Origin: Candidatus Hydrogenedentota bacterium
Lineage (GTDB): Bacteria; Hydrogenedentota; Hydrogenedentia; Hydrogenedentales; JAEUWI01
Length of the DNA stretch: 64,000 nucleotides
Direction of reading: 5' to 3'
NCBI GenBank assembly: GCA_034669905.1
Contig: JAXMOL010000036.1
Location: forward strand, 19,457 to 83,456
Shown one piece after another: positions 9,905 to 19,406 of the stretch (within the stretch, counting starts at the first letter, position 1; each line of letters starts with the position of its first letter). Made by a program: the position numbers and the translations under genes. The notes beneath the pieces are model-generated. The model had not been told where the DNA came from and ran no database searches. It saw only the letters and a list, made by a program, of their open reading frames with translations.

Positions 9905-11166
9905 TGCACCTCTCCTTCCCGTGCCACGGGCGTCGACAGTGCGATGCCTTTTTCGTGACTGAATTGACCCGACATGATTGGAATAGCCACCCGCAGCATC
10001 CAGGAATACAGGAGTATTCCGAAGGCCCAGGCGCCCATACAGATAAGCAATTCGTTGGTGGTGGGCAAATACTCCACCACATTTCCCAGGGGGGTCGGGA
10101 TAAATCCCGGCACGATAAGCCCCATCCCCTTCTCGATCCAGACCCCTACAATGCAGAAGAAACAGGCCACATCAAGGTAACCCAGTTTTTTCCCCAAGGG
10201 GGTAATCAGAATGATCGCTGCGATGGCTTCCAAGGTGAGGGCGGACCATATCCAGGGCACGAGGGCGTTGTAGGTATGCCCATGGTGCTCCAGGCCCTGC
10301 AAGAGATAGGTCATGGAAGCGCTGTGCAATGCTCCGGAGTAGTACTCCTTGAACACTTCGCAGGAAAAGAGGAAAAGATTGATGAGCAGGGCCGTCGTAA
10401 CGATATTCCGAAGCAGGTGGAGGCCCTTGTCGGGGATTTCGTAGGTAGAAACCCGACGGATAACCTGAAAGGCGAGGATCAGTATCGCCGGACCGGCCAC
10501 AAAGGCCGAGCAGAGAAAGCGGGGTGCAATGATGGCCGCATTCCAGAAGGGACGTCCCACGAGGCCCACATAGAGAAAGGCGGTCACGGTATGAATGCTC
10601 ACGGCCCATACGATCGCGATAAAGACAAAGGGAATATAGAAGACCCAGGTGGGCTTGCGGTCATGGTATTTACAATAGAGCAAATAGCCACAGATGTGGA
10701 GGTTGAGCACGAGGTAGCCGTTGAGCACGATTACGTCCCATGACAACAACGAGATGGGAAAATTGAACTTTCCGATGACCGGTATCAGGTGCCAGAACCG
10801 GTCCGGCCGCCCCAGGTCCACCGTGACAAAGATCAGGCACATGACGATAGCAGAAATGGCGAGCAGTTCTCCGAAGAGCACCACGTCGTGCATTTCCTTG
10901 TTGCGGTAAACATAGGCCGGAATCACCAGCATCACGGCCGCGGCCGCCACGCCCACCAGGAAGGTGAAATTGGCAATGTAGGCCCCCCAGCTCACCTGGT
11001 CGGTCATGCCCGTGGTTCCGAGGCCGTTCACAAACTGATGCATGTAGGCATTGCCCCCGATGCCACACAGCACGGTGAGAAATATCATCCAGGCATAAAA
11101 GGCCGGCCCGCCCATGAAACTGAGCTTGCATGCCCGGGCCAGAAATAGCAGATAATCTCTTAGCAT
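9901..11166 (-). CDS. NrfD/PsrC/DsrP-family quinol-interacting membrane subunit
   Basis: About 10 TM helices; WGAYIANFTF.VGVAA, DLGRPDRFWH, SIHTVTAFL. Confidence 0.92.
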   Translation of the reverse strand: MLRDYLLFLARACKLSFMGGPAFYAWMIFLTVLCGIGGNAYMHQFVNGLGTTGMTDQVSWGAYIANFTFLVGVAAAAVMLVIPAYVYRNKEMHDVVLFGELLAISAIVMCLIFVTVDLGRPDRFWHLIPVIGKFNFPISLLSWDVIVLNGYLVLNLHICGYLLYCKYHDRKPTWVFYIPFVFIAIVWAVSIHTVTAFLYVGLVGRPFWNAAIIAPRFLCSAFVAGPAILILAFQVIRRVSTYEIPDKGLHLLRNIVTTALLINLFLFSCEVFKEYYSGALHSASMTYLLQGLEHHGHTYNALVPWIWSALTLEAIAAIILITPLGKKLGYLDVACFFCIVGVWIEKGMGLIVPGFIPTPLGNVVEYLPTTNELLICMGAWAFGILLYSWMLRVAIPIMSGQFSHEKGIALSTPVAREGEVQ

Positions 11167-11178
11167 GTGCCGTCGCCC

Positions 11179-12096
11179 TTATACATCAAAGTAATAGAAG
11201 AAGGCGGGAATAGTACCCGCTTCTTCCTTCAAGACATAGGTTCGCTTGTTCTGCACGATGTAGCGAATCTCACTTTCCGGGTCGTTAAGATCCCCGAATA
11301 CCCGCGCGCCCGTGGGGCATACTTCCAGACAAGCGGGATTCTTCCCCTCCCGGGTGCGGTGCAGGCAAAAGTGGCACTTTTCCACCACGCCCGCAGGCCG
11401 AATCCGGTTGCTCAGATAGCCCATATTGGGGTTGATATCTTCTTTGGGAATCTCCGGTTTGGTGAAGTTAAAACGCCGGGCTTCGTAGGGACAGGCCGCC
11501 ATGCAATAACGGCAGCCAATGCACCAGTTGTAGTCGATGACTGTCACGCCATCCGGCTCTTTCCAGGTGGCCTCCACGGGGCACACTTTGGTGCACGGTG
11601 GATTCTCACATTGCTGGCATTGGACCGGCAGATAGAATTTCCCCTCCTGGGGTACCTGCTCGTGGTCGTAGTTGTGGTCCGACTTTTCCAGATCAAAGGT
11701 ACCGCTGGGCATCTCCAGTACCTTGATATACTGAATGGCCGGGTCACGGGACTGATTGTTTTCTTTCACGCAGGCCGTCACGCATCGACGCGAACCGTTG
11801 CAGCGACTGAGATTCAGGGCATAGGCAAAACGTACGCCCTTCTTCGGCTTCGGGTCTTTGATAGTAACTTTCGCGCCATAGTCCCGCCCGATTTCGCCCT
11901 CAAGGCGCGTGATGATACCCGCGATGTCCTCTTCGGAAAGTCGCTTATAGTGCTGCTGAAAGAATCCGTCCAGCGCGCCAGCCTTCATGTCGCGCAAGGG
12001 CGCCAGGGTGGCACCAATAGCGCCCGCAATAGCAACACCGGCCCCGGCTTTCAGGAAACTTCGACGTTTTACTGTCTGACGTTCTTCGTCTGCCAT
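11179..12096 (-). CDS. Tat-exported 4Fe-4S dicluster protein (NrfC/DsrO-like)
   Basis: KRRSFLK Tat motif; CQQCENPPC..VCP, CIGCRYCMAACP, KCHFC...C...CP; first cluster reads CNGSRRC (Ser in place of one Cys). Confidence 0.92.
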   Translation of the reverse strand: MADEERQTVKRRSFLKAGAGVAIAGAIGATLAPLRDMKAGALDGFFQQHYKRLSEEDIAGIITRLEGEIGRDYGAKVTIKDPKPKKGVRFAYALNLSRCNGSRRCVTACVKENNQSRDPAIQYIKVLEMPSGTFDLEKSDHNYDHEQVPQEGKFYLPVQCQQCENPPCTKVCPVEATWKEPDGVTVIDYNWCIGCRYCMAACPYEARRFNFTKPEIPKEDINPNMGYLSNRIRPAGVVEKCHFCLHRTREGKNPACLEVCPTGARVFGDLNDPESEIRYIVQNKRTYVLKEEAGTIPAFFYYFDV

Positions 12097-12108
12097 CGAA
12101 AAAGTCCT

Positions 12109-12735
12109 TTAGTGGGGTGGATTCGCGCCCGCGGGCGCATGGGCTTCGGCTTCATCGAATCGGGTCGCAATGGTCGGTGGATCGGGGGCCATGGGCGCAA
12201 AAGCCGGCTGATGGGGATCATGGCATTGGATACACAACAGCTTGGTCCGGTTAGGATTGCCCCGCTCCCAGCTTCCATTCTGGCGACCATGGACACCCAA
12301 CTGCCATTCCCGATAGGTGGGACCGTGACACTTGGCGCACAACTGGGCCGGTTGGTCCGAAGGAATGGGACTCCCATCGTGGGCGACGTAGGCGTTGCGG
12401 TCAGTCTGGTGGTGACAGTTGACACAGTAGGTGTTCATGCCATGGTCAAAGCGGGCGTCGATATCCGCGTGCTCGCCCTTGAGCTCGTTCTGACGGCGAG
12501 GACTATCGAAGTCGTTGTGACACTCCGTGCACTTGTATTCGAAGGAACCCCGACGTTGGCGCAAGGGACGCAAGGGCCCGCGGACCGGGGTGGTATCAAA
12601 GACCTCGCCGACCACCTCCCGCTCATACAGGGTAGACGGGTCCGGCACTTCGGTCGAACAGCCGGAAAGGACCACCAGCTCTCCCACGAGCAGGGTTACC
12701 CACGTAATGTTGCATACCCGGTTACGCCGACTCAT
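12109..12735 (-). CDS. Tetraheme cytochrome c lipoprotein
   Basis: Lipobox LSGC; CTECH, CVNCH, CAKCH, CIQCH. Confidence 0.88.
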   Translation of the reverse strand: MSRRNRVCNITWVTLLVGELVVLSGCSTEVPDPSTLYEREVVGEVFDTTPVRGPLRPLRQRRGSFEYKCTECHNDFDSPRRQNELKGEHADIDARFDHGMNTYCVNCHHQTDRNAYVAHDGSPIPSDQPAQLCAKCHGPTYREWQLGVHGRQNGSWERGNPNRTKLLCIQCHDPHQPAFAPMAPDPPTIATRFDEAEAHAPAGANPPH

Positions 12736-12749
12736 CGCGCACCTGGACC

Positions 12750-12764
12750 TTGATAAATCTCACA
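12750..12764. promoter_or_regulatory. Candidate Crp/Fnr-family binding site
   Basis: TTGATAAATCTCACA combines an FNR half-site TTGAT with a CRP half-site TCACA; lies just upstream of the multiheme operon. Confidence 0.4.
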
Positions 12765-12955
12765 CATGCCCAACAATCTCCATAGCCGCTATGAGCAACT
12801 ACCGTTCCAAAAAAGCAGGGGCCCTGTTCAGGGTGTAAAAACCAACGAAAATAAGGCATTTTACATACACCTTTTAGGCAGAAAAAACACCTTTGCGCAC
12901 TGATGCGTTGCACACTACTGTCCAATGTGCGCAACCATCCCTTGACGTGCTTCGA

Positions 12956-15103
12956 CTACCGATACTCATCTTCGATGGCTTCCCAGAATCCCGCTTTGAA
13001 CTCCGACCAGGCCGACGGCTCTTCCTGCCACGATTGGTAAAGGGCGTCAAAGAACTCCTCGGTCATGGGGAATTTCGCGTTCCGTTCCACATATTCAACA
13101 TGGCCGTCGAGGTAAAGCACATGGCCCCCCGAAGGCTGGTGGTACCCCCACCATTCTATCAGTACCGGAACCTTTTCGGGGTTAGAAAGTCCGCTGTGGA
13201 GTCGGGGCACGTTGCCCGTTGCCGTGGGAATGCTTTCCTGGGCAACAAAAGCTGCCCAATCCTCCTCTGCTGCTTCGCGGGATTCCATAAAGGCCGTCAT
13301 TTCCGCCCGGTTTCGCACGGCGTAACCCAGATAGAGGTAATCGGCATCGTCAATAATATCTTCGTCCGTTTCCCCTTCGTAGCCGCCTTCCGGGCAGCGC
13401 AGTAGTTTTGGGTCAATCGACGACACCAGCCCCCCACCGGGCAGGAAGGTGTCCGGCGTCTCGGTAAGGGGCGGAAATTTACCCTCCGAACGGGCGCTGT
13501 AGGCCGCGAATGCCTTGGCGAGTTCATGGAGGTTGTGCTCACACATTGGACGACTTACCGCATCCGTCGCCCGGCGGACTCCCTCGAAAAACCGGTCGGT
13601 CATCGGAAATCTGCTGTCGTGTTCCAGGAATTCCACGTGGCCATCCAGATAATACACATGGCCTCCGGACTCGTTGTGCAGTCCGCTCCATTCAATCAGC
13701 ACCGGCACGCGTTCAGGCTCCGCAAGTCCTATGACGAGGGGCGCAAGAGGACCCTGGGGGCCCGGAATGGACCCGAGCGCCTGAAAGCGCGCCACATCGC
13801 CTGCTACACCCACATAGGCGTCCACGTATGCATCCATTTCCACGGCATTTCGGACGGCGTAGCCCAGATAAATGTAGTCACTGTCCTCCAGTATGTCCGC
13901 CGCAGTTTCGCCCTCATAGGCCATCGCCGGGCAACGCAGTCGCGTGCGGTCCACCGCCACTGCCGACGGCCCACCAAACAGAAAAGACCCGCCCTCGAGC
14001 GCCAGGGCAGGAAAATATCCCTGGTTCTGTTGCGCCGTATCCAACAGTTGAGCACCCAGTGCGGCTATATTCTCGCGACAGGATTTCAGGTTACCCGCGC
14101 CCCACGCACGACCGGCGGACTCATAGAAGGCTTCGGTCACCGGGAACTGGCTGTTCAGCGCCAGGTATTCGGTGTGGCCATCGAGATAAAGCACATGGGC
14201 CCCATCGGGCTCGTGATAGAGGTTCCATTCCACCAATACCGGGATAGTCTCCGCGTCGGGAAGATCGTTACGTAGCAAGGGGATTGGACCGGACGAGATG
14301 TTAATCTCGGCTCCGTCCATTCGCGGACTCAAATCCCCGCCTTCTTCGACATAGCTATCCATGAACTCATCCATCTCCTGCTGGGTGCGGATGGCGGCCC
14401 CCAGATAGATGTAGTCCGGATCCTGTCGAATGAAGTCTTCCGTCTCCTCTTCGTAGGCCAGGGACGGACAACGCAGCCAATGAATATTCAGGTTATCTAC
14501 GAAATCTCCATGGAACAGCAGGGGGACTTCCGCGTCCGAACCGAGCCGTGGATAGTTTCCACCGTGCTGTCCGCTATACCCCACCAAGGCTCCGTGGAGG
14601 GCCGTCATATTCTCGGCGCAGGCATTCTTTTCCCCCGTTTCCTGCAACTGGATGATACCGGGGAGGATGGAAAGAAATGCCACGCCCAGCACTATGGGGA
14701 CACAGATAAGGCTCACGACAATCATGGCACCCTTGCGGCTCGGCTTGGCCTTCGGGGCAACCGTTGGAATGGGGCGCGCGACGTGGGCCGCCAGACCGGG
14801 TGCTGGCTTCGGGCGGGTCGGAAGGGGAGGCGGCACGGGTTGGGCGCCAGTGGGCGGGAGCGGCGGTGGCGCGGTGACCTGGCCTTGCGCCACGATAGCC
14901 GCTGGACTCCCAAGGGACGCGAGCACCTCACGGGCAAGGGCCTGGGTAACCTGTTCTACCCCTGCCTGGGAAAGACGGGCCTGCACTTCCTTCTCCACCT
15001 CCGAAACCATTCCGTCGGCCCATACGCCTTGTGCCCTGCAGCGGGACCGGATCTCATCCAGGTAGCTTTGAAAGAGATGGCGCGCTTCGTTGGACCACTG
15101 CAT
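12956..15103 (-). CDS. Membrane protein: HAAS-like N-terminus, Pro-rich linker, one TM, three tandem DUF1559/H-X9-DG-like domains
   Basis: Start MQWSNEA...YLDEI...LGSP; three repeats of C..N.....LRCP...DY.YLG.A.R...PVL.EW...H....HV.YLDGH.E. Confidence 0.8.
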   Translation of the reverse strand: MQWSNEARHLFQSYLDEIRSRCRAQGVWADGMVSEVEKEVQARLSQAGVEQVTQALAREVLASLGSPAAIVAQGQVTAPPPLPPTGAQPVPPPLPTRPKPAPGLAAHVARPIPTVAPKAKPSRKGAMIVVSLICVPIVLGVAFLSILPGIIQLQETGEKNACAENMTALHGALVGYSGQHGGNYPRLGSDAEVPLLFHGDFVDNLNIHWLRCPSLAYEEETEDFIRQDPDYIYLGAAIRTQQEMDEFMDSYVEEGGDLSPRMDGAEINISSGPIPLLRNDLPDAETIPVLVEWNLYHEPDGAHVLYLDGHTEYLALNSQFPVTEAFYESAGRAWGAGNLKSCRENIAALGAQLLDTAQQNQGYFPALALEGGSFLFGGPSAVAVDRTRLRCPAMAYEGETAADILEDSDYIYLGYAVRNAVEMDAYVDAYVGVAGDVARFQALGSIPGPQGPLAPLVIGLAEPERVPVLIEWSGLHNESGGHVYYLDGHVEFLEHDSRFPMTDRFFEGVRRATDAVSRPMCEHNLHELAKAFAAYSARSEGKFPPLTETPDTFLPGGGLVSSIDPKLLRCPEGGYEGETDEDIIDDADYLYLGYAVRNRAEMTAFMESREAAEEDWAAFVAQESIPTATGNVPRLHSGLSNPEKVPVLIEWWGYHQPSGGHVLYLDGHVEYVERNAKFPMTEEFFDALYQSWQEEPSAWSEFKAGFWEAIEDEYR

Positions 15104-15255
15104 CGATTCACTCCCCACGTTATCTGGATTGAGCGAGCGCGTGATACGCCGAAACAGGCCGTGATGCACCGCACCCCCCATGTATGGTGGTGCCACTCCC
15201 TCCCCTATACTCCTGTGGAAATCCTACCGAATTCTGGCCCGAGAGACAAGCCCGC

Positions 15256-16704
15256 CTACTCCACCTCCGCAATGGCGACGGCGAGGGTCCGCGTTACGCC
15301 CGAGGCAGGCCGGGCGGCGGCCCAGTACCAACTGGCGGCGTCGGGCCAGGAGCGCACCCCGTCGGTCCAGTCGGAAAGGTCTCCCCCCTGGGCAATTACC
15401 ACCGGGTCGACGCTAAAAAAACACTGCCGAACGGTAAATACACGGCCGTCGGGATGCACCGCGCGGAAACGGCTCCAGAGGTGGCCCTGCGGGTCTTTCC
15501 AGGCCGACAAGTTGCTGCAGTGATAGCCAAAGGCCCGGTAGCATTCTTCCGTGGTATGGAGTGTCAACGTTGGCTCGCCGCACTGGCGCAACAAAATATT
15601 CCGACCACTTTCTTCCAGCACGCCCCGACTCCAATCGCCCAGATAGCTTGCGCGAAAACGTTCCATGGCGGCATCAGGTGGGGTCTCCCGCCAGCGCTCC
15701 CCGTCCACCCGGATGGGCCACACCGCCTCCCCCACGCCCACGTGCCGCTGCTCCCGGGCGCTCAGCGGAATGGTGGCCGCCAACAGCCCCGCGACGAGCA
15801 GCATGCTATAGGTCCAGGGGCCGACCTTGACCGAATCAGACCCCGCGGGCCCAACCTTGGCGCGACGTTGGAGCCACAGGGCGGCCATGACGAGTAAGAC
15901 GGCCGTGCCGCCGAATCCCGCGACGCCGATGCCGCTGTGCAATCCATCGGATACGTCGCCCTGACGGGAAAGGACAAACAACATGCTGACGCGGGCTGTA
16001 TTCCCCACGAAGGCGAGCACGATTCCCAGGCACGCAAGCGCGAAGGTCGCCCCGCACCGCAGTTGGGTCAGCACCGACACGACGCCCACCAACAAGACCG
16101 CTATCCGCAGCATGCGCACCCCACTGCAGGGCGCGTCGATAAACACGGTGTGGGTACCGTCGGTCAGGCCGGCACCAAGGGGTTCAATGGTGCCACCGAG
16201 CACCCAGGAGGCCCCATGCCCCACGATTATCCGTAGGGGATAACCGAAATAGGTGTTGAAGGCAATACCCAGGGGCAGGGACGCCCACATCCACAACAGC
16301 AGGCCCGCACTCTGCCTGCGGCGCGCGGGCGTCAGGGTCCCCAACAGGCCAAAGGCCAGGGCGGACATGGCAAAAAACGAGGAGACCAGGCGGGGCAAGG
16401 GGCCGTAGCTTGCCGCGTAGCACAGGAGACACAGCGCGCAGGCCTGAAGAAGGGACCGGGATGGCGTCCGAGTATGGACGCGGTCCCCATAGACCAGACT
16501 GGCCCAGGTCCCCACTGCCGCGAGCATGCTCCAGAGTCCCGTCGTCGGATAGTCCGGGGCAAGCCATTGTCCCCAAAAGCGGTACAAAACGGCCCAGCAG
16601 GCCAGAAAAAGACCGAGCACCAGCGCGACGTTTCGGAGCGTCTGTATGGGCCATTCCGAAGGCGCTGCGCGGTCTTCTCCAGACCAGGTCGCGACGTTGC
16701 TCAT
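15256..16704 (-). CDS. Exosortase-family transpeptidase with C-terminal extension (dedicated XrtN/O/Q-like type)
   Basis: Polytopic; catalytic Cys (DAPCSG), Arg (GNTARV), His (LHSGIG); ATGA overlap with the PEP-CTERM gene. Confidence 0.88.
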   Translation of the reverse strand: MSNVATWSGEDRAAPSEWPIQTLRNVALVLGLFLACWAVLYRFWGQWLAPDYPTTGLWSMLAAVGTWASLVYGDRVHTRTPSRSLLQACALCLLCYAASYGPLPRLVSSFFAMSALAFGLLGTLTPARRRQSAGLLLWMWASLPLGIAFNTYFGYPLRIIVGHGASWVLGGTIEPLGAGLTDGTHTVFIDAPCSGVRMLRIAVLLVGVVSVLTQLRCGATFALACLGIVLAFVGNTARVSMLFVLSRQGDVSDGLHSGIGVAGFGGTAVLLVMAALWLQRRAKVGPAGSDSVKVGPWTYSMLLVAGLLAATIPLSAREQRHVGVGEAVWPIRVDGERWRETPPDAAMERFRASYLGDWSRGVLEESGRNILLRQCGEPTLTLHTTEECYRAFGYHCSNLSAWKDPQGHLWSRFRAVHPDGRVFTVRQCFFSVDPVVIAQGGDLSDWTDGVRSWPDAASWYWAAARPASGVTRTLAVAIAEVE

Positions 16705-19406
16705 GGCAGAGCCATCCGCTCCCGACGGGGCGCGATACGGGTGCGATAGACCACGAAACACACCGCAGCAAGCGCGACAATAATCAGGAGCCACTCCTCG
16801 GGTTCCGGCACGGCGGGCACGGCATTGAGGTCGGCCTCGTCGTCGAGTCCATGACGCTCGTATTGGGCCTTGGTTTCCAGGACTATCGCCCCACTCACCG
16901 GGGTTACAAGACGGCAACGTCGGGCAATCGTACTCGCAGCGTTGGCCTCCAGGGGCGAATGGGATTGCAGTAAGCCCATCACCTGGTCCAGTGCGGCGAG
17001 ACGCACCAGATGAGAATTGGTACCGTGCTTGCCAGCCGCGCTATCCGACTCCGTTTCGGCGAAGGTAAAGCGCGGCGTTCCCTCGGTGGCTGCCCCGGTC
17101 TGGACAATTCGAGCCACCGTGGCCTCCACAGAGTCCGTTACAAGGACCGGCACCACTTCCGTATAGGCGTCGAGGTTCTCCATAAACTGAACGACGCCCG
17201 GAGCCGCAGCAACAAGGTGGATACGCACGGACTGTCCGTTCCGCTTGCCCGATTCCAGGGCCTGGGTGAGCCGGTCTACGTTGCCGTCTTTCATGGGTTG
17301 GGGACCGTGGATGACGATGACTTCTCGTTCCTTCCCGTCGGTCACTTCTCCGAGCGCCATGACCACACCACCCAACACGGGCTGTCCAAATTCGTAACGC
17401 TGCGCACCCAGCCATGCGGCGAGCCCATCACGTCCGCCCGCGCCATCCCACACGGCCCCTTCTCCCCCCGCAAACACGGCGTGAAGTTCGACGCCATCAG
17501 GGATTGCCTGCAACAGGGCATGCCAGTCTATGCGGGCCTTCCCCACGCCCGCGGAGCCATCGACGACCAGGCAGACCTCGCGCTTCTCGGCCAGGGACTG
17601 GATTCCGTCGCGTTGCATGGTGGCCACATAGCGACCGAGGGCCCCCTGGTGGGGCGCGGTATCGAAGACACGAGGCAGAGACAAGAGCGCGCCTGCACCG
17701 TTGCCGAAGAGTTCTCGCTGGCGGATGGTGCCGAGTTGATTCACCGTACCTGATTCATTGCCCGGCGTGTTGAGCGAGGCATTCGTGAGGATTACGGCTC
17801 CCGGACTGGTGATATTGATCCCATGGGGCAGTCGGTCGGACAGGGTAAAGTTTTCCGAAGCGATGAAGGGCAGGCGGTAATAGGCGCGATCCCCCTGGCC
17901 ATGGAGCGGCGCGGTGATGCCGATTTTTACTTTCATCTGGCCAAAGGCGGGCACAGGAAAGCATTGGAGGAAAACCTGGTCACGTCCGGCGGAAGTGAGG
18001 AGGGCCGGGTCGCGCCGTTGGACGATGGCCACTTCTTTATAGGCAGCCTTCACCTGGCTGCGCCCACCAAAGGCGGCTTCCCGCTCTTCGCCATTTATCC
18101 ATAGGGTCAGCCTACTCGCGACGCCGCCAGGAGGCAGGGCAATAAGGCAGCGGGCTTCATTGGCGATGGGGTTATTGTTGTCGAATTCGAGTATCCACTC
18201 CGTATAGCTTAACCCCTGGGCCGCCATGTCTTCGCCGGAGAAATCCACATTCATGGCACTCTGAATCAGTGACAGATTGGGAATCATGCTGCCTACCCGG
18301 TCACCGCCCTGCTCCCAGCGAAGGCGCAGTTGGGAGCCGAAGTGGTTGTCCAGGTAGAACCACGACGTGAGGTCCTCTTGCGTGGGGACTTCGCCATAGA
18401 CGCGAAAGTAGGCCTCTTGCAGATCGGGCGCACGCGTTGCTCTCAGAAAGCTTCCCCCCATCCAAATATCCGCTATACCATCCGAACGACCGTAATAACG
18501 GGACATGTCGGGCATCCCCAGCCACCGCAACGCGGCCATGGATTCGGCCTGTTCCGCGGGCTCTCCGCGGAGGAGTTGCTCGAGGTGGTGATCACGTGAA
18601 AACTGAAGGCCTACATACCCGCCAAGCAAGACCATCACGAAAAATCCCCCCGCCCAAACCCAACGAAAATACGTACGGGAATGAACGCCGTCGTACTGAC
18701 CGCCAGCCTCTAATCGTAAGGTCGCATGACAGGCCAGGACCAGCGTAATCGCCGGCGACAAACCAATCAACCCGATGCCAAACCAAATGATGGCTATCAG
18801 GGAAATCGGCATCAGGGGTAGAAGCAAGATGCTGTAAAAGAAGGACATTCCAAAGAGGTAACCCAGCCCGAAGGCCACCGCCCGCCGTGTGCTGAGTTCC
18901 TGTTCCGCCGCCGGAGTCGAAGACTTTATCAAGAGATAAAGAAACCACGCGGGCACCCCGAGCAACAAGATAACATGGAGAAAGGTGGGCATGACGCCCA
19001 CGCCGCCGCCCCACGTGCCATTCATCAAACTAAACTCGGTCCCCACGGCGACAAGAGGGAGCAAGACCCCAAAGATAATCGTCAGTGGAGCGTTCATTGC
19101 AATAGGCGGCGCCTTCGCATCAACGGGATTCGTCCCGTGCGCGCCGTTGCCGTTGCTTGGGGCCGTTGCCGCCACGGGCGTATCGACGCCGACGACGTCA
19201 TAGGGCGTTCCGGCGGCGGCGAGGGCACGCTCCAGGTTCTGGGGAGTAACCACGCCGCCCGCACTCTCCTCCGCATCGCTCCGGATGTGGGCCCGCAGGT
19301 CTTCCAGGAAGTCTTCCGCGCCATCGTCCTGCGTCTGGGCGACGGCGAGCACTTCGTCGAGGTAGGCCGCCAGCCGCTCCTCCGCTTCAGGTGTCCAGTG
19401 TTTCAC
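16701..19406 (-). CDS. HAAS-like + multi-TM + VIT + vWA-like protein with PEP-CTERM sorting signal
   Basis: N-terminal WT.EAE..L..YLDEV...DLRAHI...GTP; about 5 TM; VIT-like EARCLIALPPGGVASRLTLWINGEEREAAF; LVVDGSAG; C-terminal VPEPEEW + TM + basic tail. Confidence 0.85.
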   Translation of the reverse strand: MKHWTPEAEERLAAYLDEVLAVAQTQDDGAEDFLEDLRAHIRSDAEESAGGVVTPQNLERALAAAGTPYDVVGVDTPVAATAPSNGNGAHGTNPVDAKAPPIAMNAPLTIIFGVLLPLVAVGTEFSLMNGTWGGGVGVMPTFLHVILLLGVPAWFLYLLIKSSTPAAEQELSTRRAVAFGLGYLFGMSFFYSILLLPLMPISLIAIIWFGIGLIGLSPAITLVLACHATLRLEAGGQYDGVHSRTYFRWVWAGGFFVMVLLGGYVGLQFSRDHHLEQLLRGEPAEQAESMAALRWLGMPDMSRYYGRSDGIADIWMGGSFLRATRAPDLQEAYFRVYGEVPTQEDLTSWFYLDNHFGSQLRLRWEQGGDRVGSMIPNLSLIQSAMNVDFSGEDMAAQGLSYTEWILEFDNNNPIANEARCLIALPPGGVASRLTLWINGEEREAAFGGRSQVKAAYKEVAIVQRRDPALLTSAGRDQVFLQCFPVPAFGQMKVKIGITAPLHGQGDRAYYRLPFIASENFTLSDRLPHGINITSPGAVILTNASLNTPGNESGTVNQLGTIRQRELFGNGAGALLSLPRVFDTAPHQGALGRYVATMQRDGIQSLAEKREVCLVVDGSAGVGKARIDWHALLQAIPDGVELHAVFAGGEGAVWDGAGGRDGLAAWLGAQRYEFGQPVLGGVVMALGEVTDGKEREVIVIHGPQPMKDGNVDRLTQALESGKRNGQSVRIHLVAAAPGVVQFMENLDAYTEVVPVLVTDSVEATVARIVQTGAATEGTPRFTFAETESDSAAGKHGTNSHLVRLAALDQVMGLLQSHSPLEANAASTIARRCRLVTPVSGAIVLETKAQYERHGLDDEADLNAVPAVPEPEEWLLIIVALAAVCFVVYRTRIAPRRERMALP

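Noticed and set aside
16705..16917. Extended N-terminus of the exosortase ORF
   Set aside because: It overlaps the PEP-CTERM tail of the upstream gene; the ATGA-coupled start at 16704 is more plausible
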